From contig JALVYU010000011.1 in the NCBI GenBank assembly GCA_027022365.1, positions 16,168-80,167 of the forward strand: DNA of 64,000 nucleotides, in the 5' to 3' direction. The notes under the pieces were generated by a model, which was not told the origin of the DNA, ran no database searches, and was given only the letters and a program-made list of their open reading frames with translations. Below are positions 10,142 to 19,174 of this stretch, one piece after another. A program made the translations under genes and the position numbers. Each line of letters opens with the position of its first letter. Positions within the stretch are counted from its first letter, which is position 1. Source of the stretch: Desulfurococcales archaeon (GTDB taxonomy: Archaea > Thermoproteota > Thermoprotei_A > Sulfolobales > Desulfurococcaceae).

Positions 10142-11392
10142 TTACCATCCAAGAAACATTGTTGCTGATAACTCTAGCGCTTTTAGAGCAGGCAGGGTCT
10201 CGCCAGACAGGAATAGCAATAATGCATTTCCACCTGTCGAGACATGCACATGGTCATTGAGATGCTTTGGATCAACCATTGATGCCAAGTGCCCGCCACC
10301 TATCAGTACGAAGGCGTTGCTATTCACAGCGGCATTGAGTAGTTCCTTTGTGCCTTTCCTGAACTTCTCGTCCTCGATGACTCCTGCTGGTCCGCGCATA
10401 ACAATTACTTTTGCTTCCTTAATGAAGCCCTTGTACATATTGATAGTTGCTTCACCAATGTCCTTTATCTTACCCTTGATCCCGGCGACGCTTGCATTCT
10501 CTATGGTGCCATCATCTTTTACTATCTTGAAGTCTATGGGTGTCTCTATAGGTGCTCCCATTAGCAGTATGTGTCTTGCCCTAGGTATTAGCGATAGTAT
10601 TCCCTTCTCCTCCAGGAACCTCATGTTCTCCTTACCTATATTCACTCCCTTAGCGACGAGGAACAGCTGTGCTACGAGTCCTGTGGTTAGGATTCTATCG
10701 GCTGCCTTGTTTATTACCAGGTTCTCAATGACACGCAGTAAGTCTCTGACCTTGGTTCCTCCCAGTATAAATATCCTCGGGCTCTCCATTGTCTCGAACA
10801 CGCGTTTCAAAGCCTTGACTTCCTTCTCGAATACTGGCCCTGCAACGGATGGCAGTACAAGTGGGAACCCCACTATGCTTGGTTGGCTCCTATGCGCCGT
10901 GGCGAACGCATCGTTTACGTATGCCTCGAATAGCGGTGCTAGTCTCTTTACCATAATTGTCATGCTCTGTTTCTCGGGTGTCGCTTCGAGTATTTCTTCC
11001 GAAACCAGTCTCAGATTATCGAGTAGCAGTACTTCTCCCTGCTTAAGCTTCTTGATTTCCTCCCTCGCAGTGGGACCTATTACGTCTGGTACGAACTTGA
11101 CATCTAATCCTGTATACTTTGATAATAGCTCGGCGTGTTTCTCCAGCGTTACGAAGTCTTGTTCCCCCGGTCTCCCCTGGTGGGACGCAGCCACCACGGC
11201 TGCATTGTATTGCTCTACGAGCGTTCTGATTGTCTCGGCATGAACCCTTATCCTGCGGTCATCTAGTATCTTTCCAGTGTCCGGATCAATGGGCACGTTA
11301 ATGTCTATTCTTAGAAATATCTTCCTCCCTGTTATATCAAAATCCTTTAAGGTCGGGATCCTGGGTAATTTTAGGCCGTTCATCCGCATCAC
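10142..11392 (-). CDS. pgk: phosphoglycerate kinase
   Basis: 'RIDINVP', 'ASHQGRPG', 'AFATAHR' and 'STGGNALL' are PGK signatures. Confidence 0.9.
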   Translation of the reverse strand: MMRMNGLKLPRIPTLKDFDITGRKIFLRIDINVPIDPDTGKILDDRRIRVHAETIRTLVEQYNAAVVAASHQGRPGEQDFVTLEKHAELLSKYTGLDVKFVPDVIGPTAREEIKKLKQGEVLLLDNLRLVSEEILEATPEKQSMTIMVKRLAPLFEAYVNDAFATAHRSQPSIVGFPLVLPSVAGPVFEKEVKALKRVFETMESPRIFILGGTKVRDLLRVIENLVINKAADRILTTGLVAQLFLVAKGVNIGKENMRFLEEKGILSLIPRARHILLMGAPIETPIDFKIVKDDGTIENASVAGIKGKIKDIGEATINMYKGFIKEAKVIVMRGPAGVIEDEKFRKGTKELLNAAVNSNAFVLIGGGHLASMVDPKHLNDHVHVSTGGNALLLFLSGETLPALKALELSATMFLGW

Positions 11393-11546
11393 CTCCTTCT
11401 TTTGAAAATGATTTTGAGAAAATTATCTCAATACCACTTATTCTAGAATTGAGTACTGAACTTATTAATTTACTTCTTAAAAAATTAAAATAGTTATTTA
11501 AAGTTCTATGATGAGACACTTTTTCCGGTCCAGATCTGTCTTCATA

Positions 11547-11564
11547 GTGGGAGAAACCTCCCAC
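11547..11564. other. perfect 7-bp hairpin (GTGGGAG-AAAC-CTCCCAC) in a 277-nt intergenic spacer
   Basis: Read directly from the sequence. Lies between the stop of the 11670..12917 gene and the pgk start. Confidence 0.35.
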
Positions 11565-11669
11565 AAAAGATTACTATTTAACTCTGTATAGGCTCTCATT
11601 AAATTCTGTTGGCATACTGAAACTTTTTCTCTGAGAAAAGAATAAAAATAAATAAAAATGTTGAGACAA

Positions 11670-12917
11670 TTATGGCTCGTTCTCGAAGTGGATCGCTCTA
11701 GTTGGACATACACTGGTACAGAGTCCACAGCCGTAGCACTTATCTACATTTACGGTTGCTATACGCTTACCTTCCTCGGTAACGATAACTTTGGCCGCAC
11801 CATAATCACATACCTGTTCACAGAATCCGCACCCGATACATTTCTTGGCATCGACGACTGGTGGTTTGGCCCATGTTCTCCTAGGCTCTGGGCCGAGATA
11901 CTTCAGTGCTAGGCCTTTGACATCTAGGATGCTGTCATAACCATGTCTTCTGAGCCACTGGTCTATCTCCTTGGCTATTCTCTTGAAGATTCCTGGGCCC
12001 TCAATAAGGACGGCTGTACATATCTGGACGGCTGATGCGCCTGCCATGAAGTACTCTATAACATCTGTACCCTTTGTTATTCCGCCTACACCGATTATTG
12101 GTAGATTAGTGTTCTTAGCGGCTTCTGCAACCACAGCGAGAGCTAGGGGTTTTAGTGCTGGGCCGCTCATCCACCCGTATCCCTTGGGGCCTCCTACAAT
12201 GGGGAGCCCCGTCTCGATATCAATGTGTAGTGCTGGGCCAATGGTGTTTGTCGCGACTATTCCGTCAACACCTACTTTCTCGAGCTCTTTAACGAGCTCC
12301 GGTATGTTTGGTGTGAATGGGCTGAGCTTGGCTAAGATCGGTATGTCAACGGCTTCTCTTAGAGCTTTTGCAGCCTCTACTACGGGCCTGTAGTCTTTGC
12401 CTATGTAGTGTGTTGAGAACTCTATGGCTTCGGCGCCCGCTTTCTGTACCTTGGGCCCTAGGAGAGCTAGTTCTTCCGGCTTATAGCCTATACTGACTAT
12501 GAATGGCACACCCTTCTGCTTAGCGTACTCTCTGACTATCGGGTATTCTCTCTCAAGATAATGCTCTGCCGGGATATCGCTCCACAGCTCGGCATTGAGT
12601 AGTGCATATATGAATCTATAGTTGCCACTGTCCGCGTTAACAATCCTTATGTCGCCGGGACCATAGGTTTTCAGTATTTGAGCTCTTACCAGTCCCCTAT
12701 CTACAACACCCATGCTTGGACGCGGTACTATTGCTGGTTTAACGCTTATGGTCTTGGCGACAACCGCGCCAACACCGTTGTCGATCAGTATCTTCATGGT
12801 TTCCGCGTCTCTAGATATAGGACAAGCGGCATTCATTAATGGGTTCTTTAGCTTTAGACCTGCTATCTCGACTTCAAGGCTGGGCATACAATATACCCCC
12901 ATGAGAACGAGTTGCAC
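11670..12917 (-). CDS. dihydroorotate/dihydropyrimidine dehydrogenase-family TIM-barrel protein with a C-terminal 2x[4Fe-4S] ferredoxin domain (PreA-like architecture)
   Basis: 'LEVEIAGLKLKNPLMNAA' is a DHOD-like N-terminus. The C-terminus has 'CIGCGFCEQVC' and 'CYGCGLCTSVCP'. The canonical active-site Cys motif (N-SCP) is not evident. Confidence 0.7.
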   Translation of the reverse strand: MQLVLMGVYCMPSLEVEIAGLKLKNPLMNAACPISRDAETMKILIDNGVGAVVAKTISVKPAIVPRPSMGVVDRGLVRAQILKTYGPGDIRIVNADSGNYRFIYALLNAELWSDIPAEHYLEREYPIVREYAKQKGVPFIVSIGYKPEELALLGPKVQKAGAEAIEFSTHYIGKDYRPVVEAAKALREAVDIPILAKLSPFTPNIPELVKELEKVGVDGIVATNTIGPALHIDIETGLPIVGGPKGYGWMSGPALKPLALAVVAEAAKNTNLPIIGVGGITKGTDVIEYFMAGASAVQICTAVLIEGPGIFKRIAKEIDQWLRRHGYDSILDVKGLALKYLGPEPRRTWAKPPVVDAKKCIGCGFCEQVCDYGAAKVIVTEEGKRIATVNVDKCYGCGLCTSVCPTRAIHFENEP

Positions 12918-13136
12918 TATTAAATCATATTCGTGGTTTCTATATAAGCATCCCTATCAAATGACTACATGTGTGGTAGAAACCATTGGTTCATCTAATG
13001 TAAATGTTCAGAATCATGTTTTTAAACCGATTAGAAGAATATCCCCGGAAATAATATTGGATCCATGAGAATTTCTTATTAATGCACGAGAAAATGGTTT
13101 TCAAGATATGTGTTTTTTATAAAAAAGGTTCCTTAT

Positions 13137-13325
13137 TTAGCCACAGATCGGGTAGTCGTCCGGCACTTTAGCCCTGAAGTACTTACCGGTCTCAGGGTCC
13201 TGGAATAGTCCTACCTTAACGCCCTTCCTGCCCTTTGGGCTAAGCTGCCATACCTTCTTGGGTACTAGCTCTACCTCCTTTCCGCTGGGGGTCTTGACCT
13301 TGACTGCCTCGGTGCACGCGACCAT
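13137..13325 (-). CDS. cren7: chromatin protein Cren7
   Basis: '[53 protein letters not shown]' is near-identical in pattern to Sulfolobus Cren7. Start moved to the second ATG (62 aa), which follows a GGTGAT Shine-Dalgarno-like element. The ORF track extends to 13346. Confidence 0.85.
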   Translation of the reverse strand: MVACTEAVKVKTPSGKEVELVPKKVWQLSPKGRKGVKVGLFQDPETGKYFRAKVPDDYPICG

Positions 13326-13382
13326 TGCTATCACCGTACTATACATTAGAGTGTTATGGGTTATTTAACTTTTTCCTATCAG

Positions 13383-13390
13383 TATATAAA
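13383..13390 (-). promoter_or_regulatory. TATA box (TTTATATA) upstream of cren7
   Basis: Consensus-like archaeal TATA element 37 nt upstream of the first ATG and 58 nt upstream of the preferred ATG. Confidence 0.45.
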
Positions 13391-13546
13391 GGTTTAATAC
13401 TGGACTATTACACTCTGTAAATTTTATGTAAACTTTTTAGATTTGTATATTCATTAACATAGAATACCTATATGGATCATTGCATAGATCAGTATAAATA
13501 TAGTGACATAAAAGAGTTATAAAAAATATAAAAATGTATTGTCTAT

Positions 13547-14935
13547 TTATTTTTTGTCAAGAACATCCAGCTGGTACTTGCCCTCATTAAGTAGCCTGTC
13601 CCAGAGTCTCTCGACAACTTTGTGGACGTATTCGAGTGCTTTGGCCTCGTCTATTGTGAGGACTTTCCTGTCCTCCATAATTATTCTGCCATTAACAATT
13701 ACTGTTTTAACGTCTTTGCCCGTAAACGTGTTGACAATGTGACCATATACAGTCTTCTCATTAACAGGTGTTGGCGGTAGTTCTGGCCTAATTATTATGA
13801 CATCGGCTTTCTTACCCGCTTCCAAGCTTCCGAGTTCTTTCTCTACACCGAACATTTTAGCGACGTTTATTGTCGCCATCTCAACGATCTCCTGTGGCGT
13901 CATGAGCCGTGGGTCGAGATTCCATACTTTGTGTATAAGGTAAGTTGTCCTCATGTTCTCGAACACATCGAAGATGTATCCATCATTGCCTATGCCGACG
14001 TTAATCCCCATCTTCATCATTAACGGTATTCTCGGTACACCTACTGCATTGAGCATGTTGCTCATGGCATTGTGTGCGACATGTGCTCCGCTTTCCTTTA
14101 TAAGTTTCAGCTCGTCATCATTGGCGTGGACGACATGTACTAGTATAACGTCCGGGCCTAGGAATCCGAGTTTGTGCATCCTCTCTATAGGTCTTATACC
14201 GTATCTTTCCATGTTATGATATACGTCTACAAGTCCTTCCTCCACATGTATTGAGAGCAGTGCACCGTATTTGTTGGCGATCTCACGGGCCATCCTGAAG
14301 AGGTCATCAGTCACGGTGAAGCTTGCATGTAAGTATATTGCGCCTTTCACAAGTTTTGACGGATCATTATTGTTTTTCTTAATGAAGCGCTCATTCTCCT
14401 TTACCCCTCTGATCCCCTCCTCAATGCTACGCCTCTGTGTGGCTTCAAATGTGAGTATTCCTCGTATACCGACCTCATTTACAGCTTTCTCCATGTGGTC
14501 GAGGACGCCCTCGATCGCATTAGGACTACTTATGTTATCGAAGAACATTGTTGTCCCTGATTTGACGAAGTCGAGAGAACCTATGAGTGCGGCAGCATAT
14601 GCGTCCTCATAGGTCAGCAGTACGTCCAGTGCCCACCATATTCTCTGCAGGTTCTGAATGAAGTCGGTGGGCGGCTCTATTTTGGCGAACCAGGGGCTTG
14701 CGCGTAGTAGTTCTCCGTAGAAATGAGTATGCGCACATAGGAATCCAGGCATTACTACTCCTTTCTTTGCATCGATCACTTTCTCAGCATCGTACTTGTC
14801 CTTGCCGTCTCCCTTACCTATGCCCACGATCTTGTCTTCGTCTATGGCGACGTAGCCATCGGGTATTATTCTGCGTTTATCGTCCATTGTTACTATTAGT
14901 CCATTGTTTATAAGAATCGAGACCTTCTCCTTCAT
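13547..14935 (-). CDS. amidohydrolase, SsnA / chlorohydrolase-type
   Basis: 'VMPGFLCAHTHFYGELLRA', 'LQRIWWALD', 'HVEEG', 'VHVVH' and 'GNDG' are amidohydrolase metal ligands. The HxHxY motif and the WW segment match my recollection of E. coli SsnA. Confidence 0.7.
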   Translation of the reverse strand: MKEKVSILINNGLIVTMDDKRRIIPDGYVAIDEDKIVGIGKGDGKDKYDAEKVIDAKKGVVMPGFLCAHTHFYGELLRASPWFAKIEPPTDFIQNLQRIWWALDVLLTYEDAYAAALIGSLDFVKSGTTMFFDNISSPNAIEGVLDHMEKAVNEVGIRGILTFEATQRRSIEEGIRGVKENERFIKKNNNDPSKLVKGAIYLHASFTVTDDLFRMAREIANKYGALLSIHVEEGLVDVYHNMERYGIRPIERMHKLGFLGPDVILVHVVHANDDELKLIKESGAHVAHNAMSNMLNAVGVPRIPLMMKMGINVGIGNDGYIFDVFENMRTTYLIHKVWNLDPRLMTPQEIVEMATINVAKMFGVEKELGSLEAGKKADVIIIRPELPPTPVNEKTVYGHIVNTFTGKDVKTVIVNGRIIMEDRKVLTIDEAKALEYVHKVVERLWDRLLNEGKYQLDVLDKK

Positions 14936-15088
14936 GATATCACCTTGCCTAAATGAAATCTTAGCGTGACGAAATTATAATCTTATCATGAAGAATGGCG
15001 AGAATGATCGATATTACGATTGACATTATTCCATAAATAGTGAGGACTGTAAGGAGAAAGAGAAAAAGAATTGTGGGTTAAGACAATA

Positions 15089-16075
15089 TTACTGGTCGGG
15101 TATTATCCTTGTTCCTGCCTTGCCCTTGAGTGCCTCGTATGCCTGCGATAGATGAGCTATGATTGCCTGTTTACCGCCGTTCTTGATGAATCTTATTGCC
15201 GCTAGTACTTTGGGCCCCATGCTTCCAGGCTTGAAGTGGCCTTCCTTATAGTATTTCTCTGCTTCGCTAACAGTCATTACATCGATCGGCTTCTGCTGTG
15301 GTGTTCCATAGTTTAGGTATACTTTCTCAACGTCAGTAAGTATCATGAAGGTCCCGGCACCGATTGCTGTCGCCAGCCTCTCGCCGGCAAGGTCTTTGTC
15401 GATCACGGCTTCTACGCCGTGGAGCCATCCTTTATCGTCAAAGTATACTGGGATTCCTCCTCCACCGCTGGCTATAACGATGAATCCTTCGTCGAGAAGC
15501 CTCTTTATAGCTTCTATCTCCACGTGTCCCTTGGGGTCTGGTGAGGGCACTACTCTTCTCCAGCCGCCGCGCGGGTCAGGCTTTACTGTCCAGCCGAATT
15601 CTTCTGCGAGCTTCTTAGCTTCTTCCTCATCGTACCATGGCCCGATATACTTTGTCGGGTTCTGGAATGCTGGATCGTCTTTCTCAACTATGGTCTGCGT
15701 CACAATTGTGACAACTCCCTTGATCTTCCCGTTGTTGAGTAGTCCTTTCTCTTTGAGCTTGTTGTATAGGCTCTGCTGGATCAGGTATCCAAGCCATCCC
15801 TGGCTCATAGCGCCTGCGATGTCAAGAGTCATTACATCCAGGTTCTTGAGCTTCTTGCCAGCAAGCATCCACTCTGCGATAATACCTACCTGTGGGCCGT
15901 TACCATGTGTGATTGCGACCTTGTAGCCCTCCTCGAGTATCTTTACGAGAAACTCGGCACTCTTGTAGGCGTTCTTCCAGTAGTTCTCGGGGGTGCCGCG
16001 TTCTCCCTTGGTCTGGAACGCGTTGCCACCAAATGCGACGACTATGTACTTCTCCTTACGATCCATCTGGTACAC
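15089..16075 (-). CDS. arcC: carbamate kinase
   Basis: '[10 protein letters not shown]', '[10 protein letters not shown]' and 'ASGGGGIPV' are classical carbamate kinase motifs. Confidence 0.9.
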   Translation of the reverse strand: MYQMDRKEKYIVVAFGGNAFQTKGERGTPENYWKNAYKSAEFLVKILEEGYKVAITHGNGPQVGIIAEWMLAGKKLKNLDVMTLDIAGAMSQGWLGYLIQQSLYNKLKEKGLLNNGKIKGVVTIVTQTIVEKDDPAFQNPTKYIGPWYDEEEAKKLAEEFGWTVKPDPRGGWRRVVPSPDPKGHVEIEAIKRLLDEGFIVIASGGGGIPVYFDDKGWLHGVEAVIDKDLAGERLATAIGAGTFMILTDVEKVYLNYGTPQQKPIDVMTVSEAEKYYKEGHFKPGSMGPKVLAAIRFIKNGGKQAIIAHLSQAYEALKGKAGTRIIPDQ

Positions 16076-16151
16076 CTTCTCGGCGTTTTTGCTAGTATAT
16101 CTTTTCTTTTCAAGATAATATGGTTAAAAAATCCTAATGTGGCAGTATAGC

Positions 16152-16931
16152 CTAGATCATAAATCCCGGTAATCCGTCCGGTCTAAATGCTTTCCTAGGC
16201 TTTAATCCGTATCTCTTCATAAGATCTACGACGTGCGGGTAAAGGATAACGTATTCAGGATCTATTGACTCTGGAAGGCTAGGATCTATCGATTTAAGTT
16301 TCTCGACAAACCATTTAATGTTCTCAGGCTCTGAGAAGCTAAGCATTATTGCCGGGTATACCCTCTCGCCGGGCTCGAGACCCGCGTCGACTAGATTTTC
16401 GAGGGCTTTGAACTGATAATCGTAAAATTTCTTCGAAGCACCTGTCAGCCTCTCGAACTCATCGGGTGAAGCGCCTTTAAACGATACTCTTACGATAACC
16501 GATTTGTGGATCGCCAGTTTTTCCGCGAACTTCTTGTCACGGCCTATGAGGAGACCGTTTGTCTCTAGAACAAATAGGTAATCAGTCTCATCGACTATAT
16601 CAAGTAGTTGTAATAGATGATTTTGTGAAAGCGTTGGCTCACCACCGCTTAGACGTAGATACTTGTACCCTCTTCTCGATGCAATATTAGTCAATCTATG
16701 GAAAACCTGATATGCATTATAGAATCTGCCATCCTTGTATCCATGGCTGTACCTCCATGACCAGCAGAACTTGCACCTAAGATTACATCCTACAACATCG
16801 CCTGTTGCTATACCTCCATACCACTTGCCCCCACGAAACCTATAGTACATCCTATACTCCATGCCGTTCCTTACCCGCACAATTTTTCCTCTAACTTTCT
16901 CAGCAAGCATGAATGGATCGAATCCTGTCAT
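16152..16931 (-). CDS. radical SAM protein (small, archaeal type)
   Basis: CxxxCxxC cluster motif 'GCNLRCKFCWS' and the SAM-binding segment 'LRLSGGEPTL'. The start ATG overlaps the upstream gene's TGA (ATGA). Confidence 0.8.
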   Translation of the reverse strand: MTGFDPFMLAEKVRGKIVRVRNGMEYRMYYRFRGGKWYGGIATGDVVGCNLRCKFCWSWRYSHGYKDGRFYNAYQVFHRLTNIASRRGYKYLRLSGGEPTLSQNHLLQLLDIVDETDYLFVLETNGLLIGRDKKFAEKLAIHKSVIVRVSFKGASPDEFERLTGASKKFYDYQFKALENLVDAGLEPGERVYPAIMLSFSEPENIKWFVEKLKSIDPSLPESIDPEYVILYPHVVDLMKRYGLKPRKAFRPDGLPGFMI

Positions 16932-17875
16932 AACTCATTCCTCAGACAAGAACCAGGTTGTTCTAGAATGTGTGAGAATCGTATCAATATTGTCTCTACT
17001 GCACTGCTTCTACTCCTGCTTCTTGTCCTGAACAGACAATATATGAGCGATTGTATAATACCTGTCAGGCTTCCAAGTTTCCTCTTTGCCGAGGCATAGA
17101 TACAGCTAGTGCTGTATAGACAAGACCTGCAATCCAATCCTGACCTTAAACATTTCTTCTTGTTCGGCACTCTACCGCTAACGCCTATAGTACTAAGGAA
17201 TTCCATAAAATACCTGTCTACAGGAGCATAACTGGTTAATCCATATGTATGTAATAGGTATGCATGGACAGTCTTGACCCCGATTCCATCTAGCGAGAGT
17301 AGTTCGACGGCTTCTTCTATAGGATCATTTGCTTTGTCGAGGATCTTATCAAGATGAGCTATAAGTCTATTAAGTAGTTTCACCTGATACGATCCGGAGT
17401 CGACACTCCTGTGTTTAATGAATTCTTTCATCCATCTCAGTGTATTAATATAGTAATCTGTATTCATACTAAGAACTATTGATGCGATTATGAATTTTTT
17501 ATCGCCTGGCGACGAAGGAATACTTATTCTCCCAATACAATCTGGTGTAATATACCCGGATACTTTGTTCATAATACGAGGGTTAAGCCAAGCTCTTTCA
17601 TAGGATTTCACGCCTAATAATGAAAATATATCCTCTAAATCACATTCCTTCGGCATTCTGCACATTAGTTCAAGTTTTTCTTTGATGTAATTACACATGA
17701 GGCCTTTACAAACACCAGTTGTTTTTGTAAATACAAGTCTTCCGTCCTTATAATCCAGTTTGAAAAGCGGGAGCAAATATGAGTGGTAAAAGCTTAAGGC
17801 ATAATCAATGCCTCTAACAATAATTTTATCGTCCTCAACTAAAACGGTCATGGCATAATATTTATTTCCTAGCAC
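16928..17875 (-). CDS. HhH-GPD superfamily, endonuclease III-like DNA glycosylase homolog with an Fe-S cluster loop
   Basis: Helix-hairpin-helix 'LDGIGVKTVHAYLL' followed by 'APVDRY' (Lys and Asp at EndoIII catalytic positions). The C-terminal 'CLRSGLDCRSCLYSTSC' has the C-X6-C-X2-C-X5-C spacing. Confidence 0.6.
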   Translation of the reverse strand: MLGNKYYAMTVLVEDDKIIVRGIDYALSFYHSYLLPLFKLDYKDGRLVFTKTTGVCKGLMCNYIKEKLELMCRMPKECDLEDIFSLLGVKSYERAWLNPRIMNKVSGYITPDCIGRISIPSSPGDKKFIIASIVLSMNTDYYINTLRWMKEFIKHRSVDSGSYQVKLLNRLIAHLDKILDKANDPIEEAVELLSLDGIGVKTVHAYLLHTYGLTSYAPVDRYFMEFLSTIGVSGRVPNKKKCLRSGLDCRSCLYSTSCIYASAKRKLGSLTGIIQSLIYCLFRTRSRSRSSAVETILIRFSHILEQPGSCLRNEL

Positions 17876-17948
17876 ATGTTCTCCCCAATGATAAAGAAGA
17901 GAAGAAAGTAAAGAAAAAAGAGTGTTGGAGTATTGGTGGATAAAAGTT

Positions 17949-19019
17949 TTAGGCTTTGCTCCCCATCACCATGGCCATTACGGCCTTCTGGACGTGTAGA
18001 CGGTTCTCGGCTTCCTCGAAGTAGAGGCTCTTCTCGTAACTGTCTAGTACTTCGTCTGTTACCTCCTGTCCACGATCTGCTGGTCCACAATGCATGTAGT
18101 ACGGCTTGCCGGCCTTCTCTAGTCTCTCCATGGTCACTATCCAGTCCTTGAACTTGGCCTGATACTGCTTTGCGCCCTCCTTGTCTACAGTGCTGTTGAA
18201 CGGTGGGAAGAAGCCCTTCGGGCTCCATGCCTTCGGGTATACGAAGGTGGCGCCCTCGAATGCCTCGTCCATATCGTGCGTTATCTTGAACTCTGCGCCC
18301 CAGTGCTCGGTGTACTTCTTCACCTTCTCGATCACGTCGTCGAGTAGCTCGAAGCCTGGTGGGTGTGCAATGTATACGTCAGCACCTAGCATCGCGGCGA
18401 TGAGCGCTACGCTCTGGGGTACTGCTAGAGGCTTTAGTCCTCCGCTATAGGCATAGCTGACAACGAACTTCTTTCCTCTCAGGTCCTTAGGCCAGCCCAG
18501 GGCCTCGAGAGCTGCCTGAGCGTCTGCTAGGGCCTGGAATGGATGGTAGATGTCGTCCTCCATGTTTAGGACTGGCACGCTTGCCCACTTGGCGAACTCC
18601 TGTATGATCCTGTGTCCACGGCCGATGATCCACTTGGCCGGGTCACCATAGATTCTGATGGCGATTCCATCACCATATCTGCTTAGGACACGGGAGACAT
18701 CACGGATAGCCTCGGTCTGATAAGGCACCATGTCTTCGGGTAGTGTGGGCGTGTATACGTCGTGTGGCGATATGAAGATACCCATACCGCCTAGCTGGTA
18801 GATTCCTGTTTGGAAGCTGTTCCTTGTTCTAAGGCTCTTATTGTAGAATATCAGGTATAGAACCTTGCCCGGCAGGTATTTTGTCTCGACTTTTTGATGG
18901 AACTTCTCCTTCAAGTCCTTGGCTGCTTCTAGTACTTTGAGTATCGTATCGATATCATAGTCTGCATTGGAGAGCCAGTGCTTGCCTTCAAGATAACCTA
19001 CATACCATGGTTTGCTCAT
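17949..19019 (-). CDS. non-canonical carbamoyltransferase (AOTCase/SOTCase/YgeW-like class, substrate unknown)
   Basis: Carbamoyl-P motifs 'SLRTR' and 'HPFQALAD'. 'HCGPA' replaces HCLP, and 'VYPKAWSP' replaces the ornithine-binding DxxxSMG motif. Confidence 0.8.
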   Translation of the reverse strand: MSKPWYVGYLEGKHWLSNADYDIDTILKVLEAAKDLKEKFHQKVETKYLPGKVLYLIFYNKSLRTRNSFQTGIYQLGGMGIFISPHDVYTPTLPEDMVPYQTEAIRDVSRVLSRYGDGIAIRIYGDPAKWIIGRGHRIIQEFAKWASVPVLNMEDDIYHPFQALADAQAALEALGWPKDLRGKKFVVSYAYSGGLKPLAVPQSVALIAAMLGADVYIAHPPGFELLDDVIEKVKKYTEHWGAEFKITHDMDEAFEGATFVYPKAWSPKGFFPPFNSTVDKEGAKQYQAKFKDWIVTMERLEKAGKPYYMHCGPADRGQEVTDEVLDSYEKSLYFEEAENRLHVQKAVMAMVMGSKA

Positions 19020-19174
19020 TTTGACTTCCCCAACCAGATTTACTGTTCTTGTCTATTGTCTAGTCTTTGCTTAGATATAAATTGTATTTCTCTCCGTACT
19101 AGTCTTTGATAATAGGTGTTATTGAAGAATCTATATAGCGTATAGAGATAATTTAGGCCCAAGTACCGGAGCCA

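Noticed and set aside
10116-11243. 375-aa plus-strand ORF
   Set aside because: It lies entirely antisense to the motif-rich pgk gene. Its translation is low-complexity and S/P/T/L-rich with no motifs. The same reasoning applies to the other long antisense ORFs in the track, such as 2439..3035, 5205..6194, 15345..15926, 34608..35180 and 61588..62070.
11508-11620. Box C/D sRNA starting at ATGATGA (11508)
   Set aside because: No CUGA-like D' follows the first 12 nt (it is GGTC). The nearest CTGA (11617-11620) is over 100 nt away, with no C' box 12 nt upstream of it.
17869-18228. 119-aa minus-strand ORF and 17933..18151 plus-strand ORF
   Set aside because: They overlap the 3' part of the transcarbamylase gene in alternative frames. 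They are open only because this stretch is GC-rich, and their translations are R/G/P-rich nonsense.
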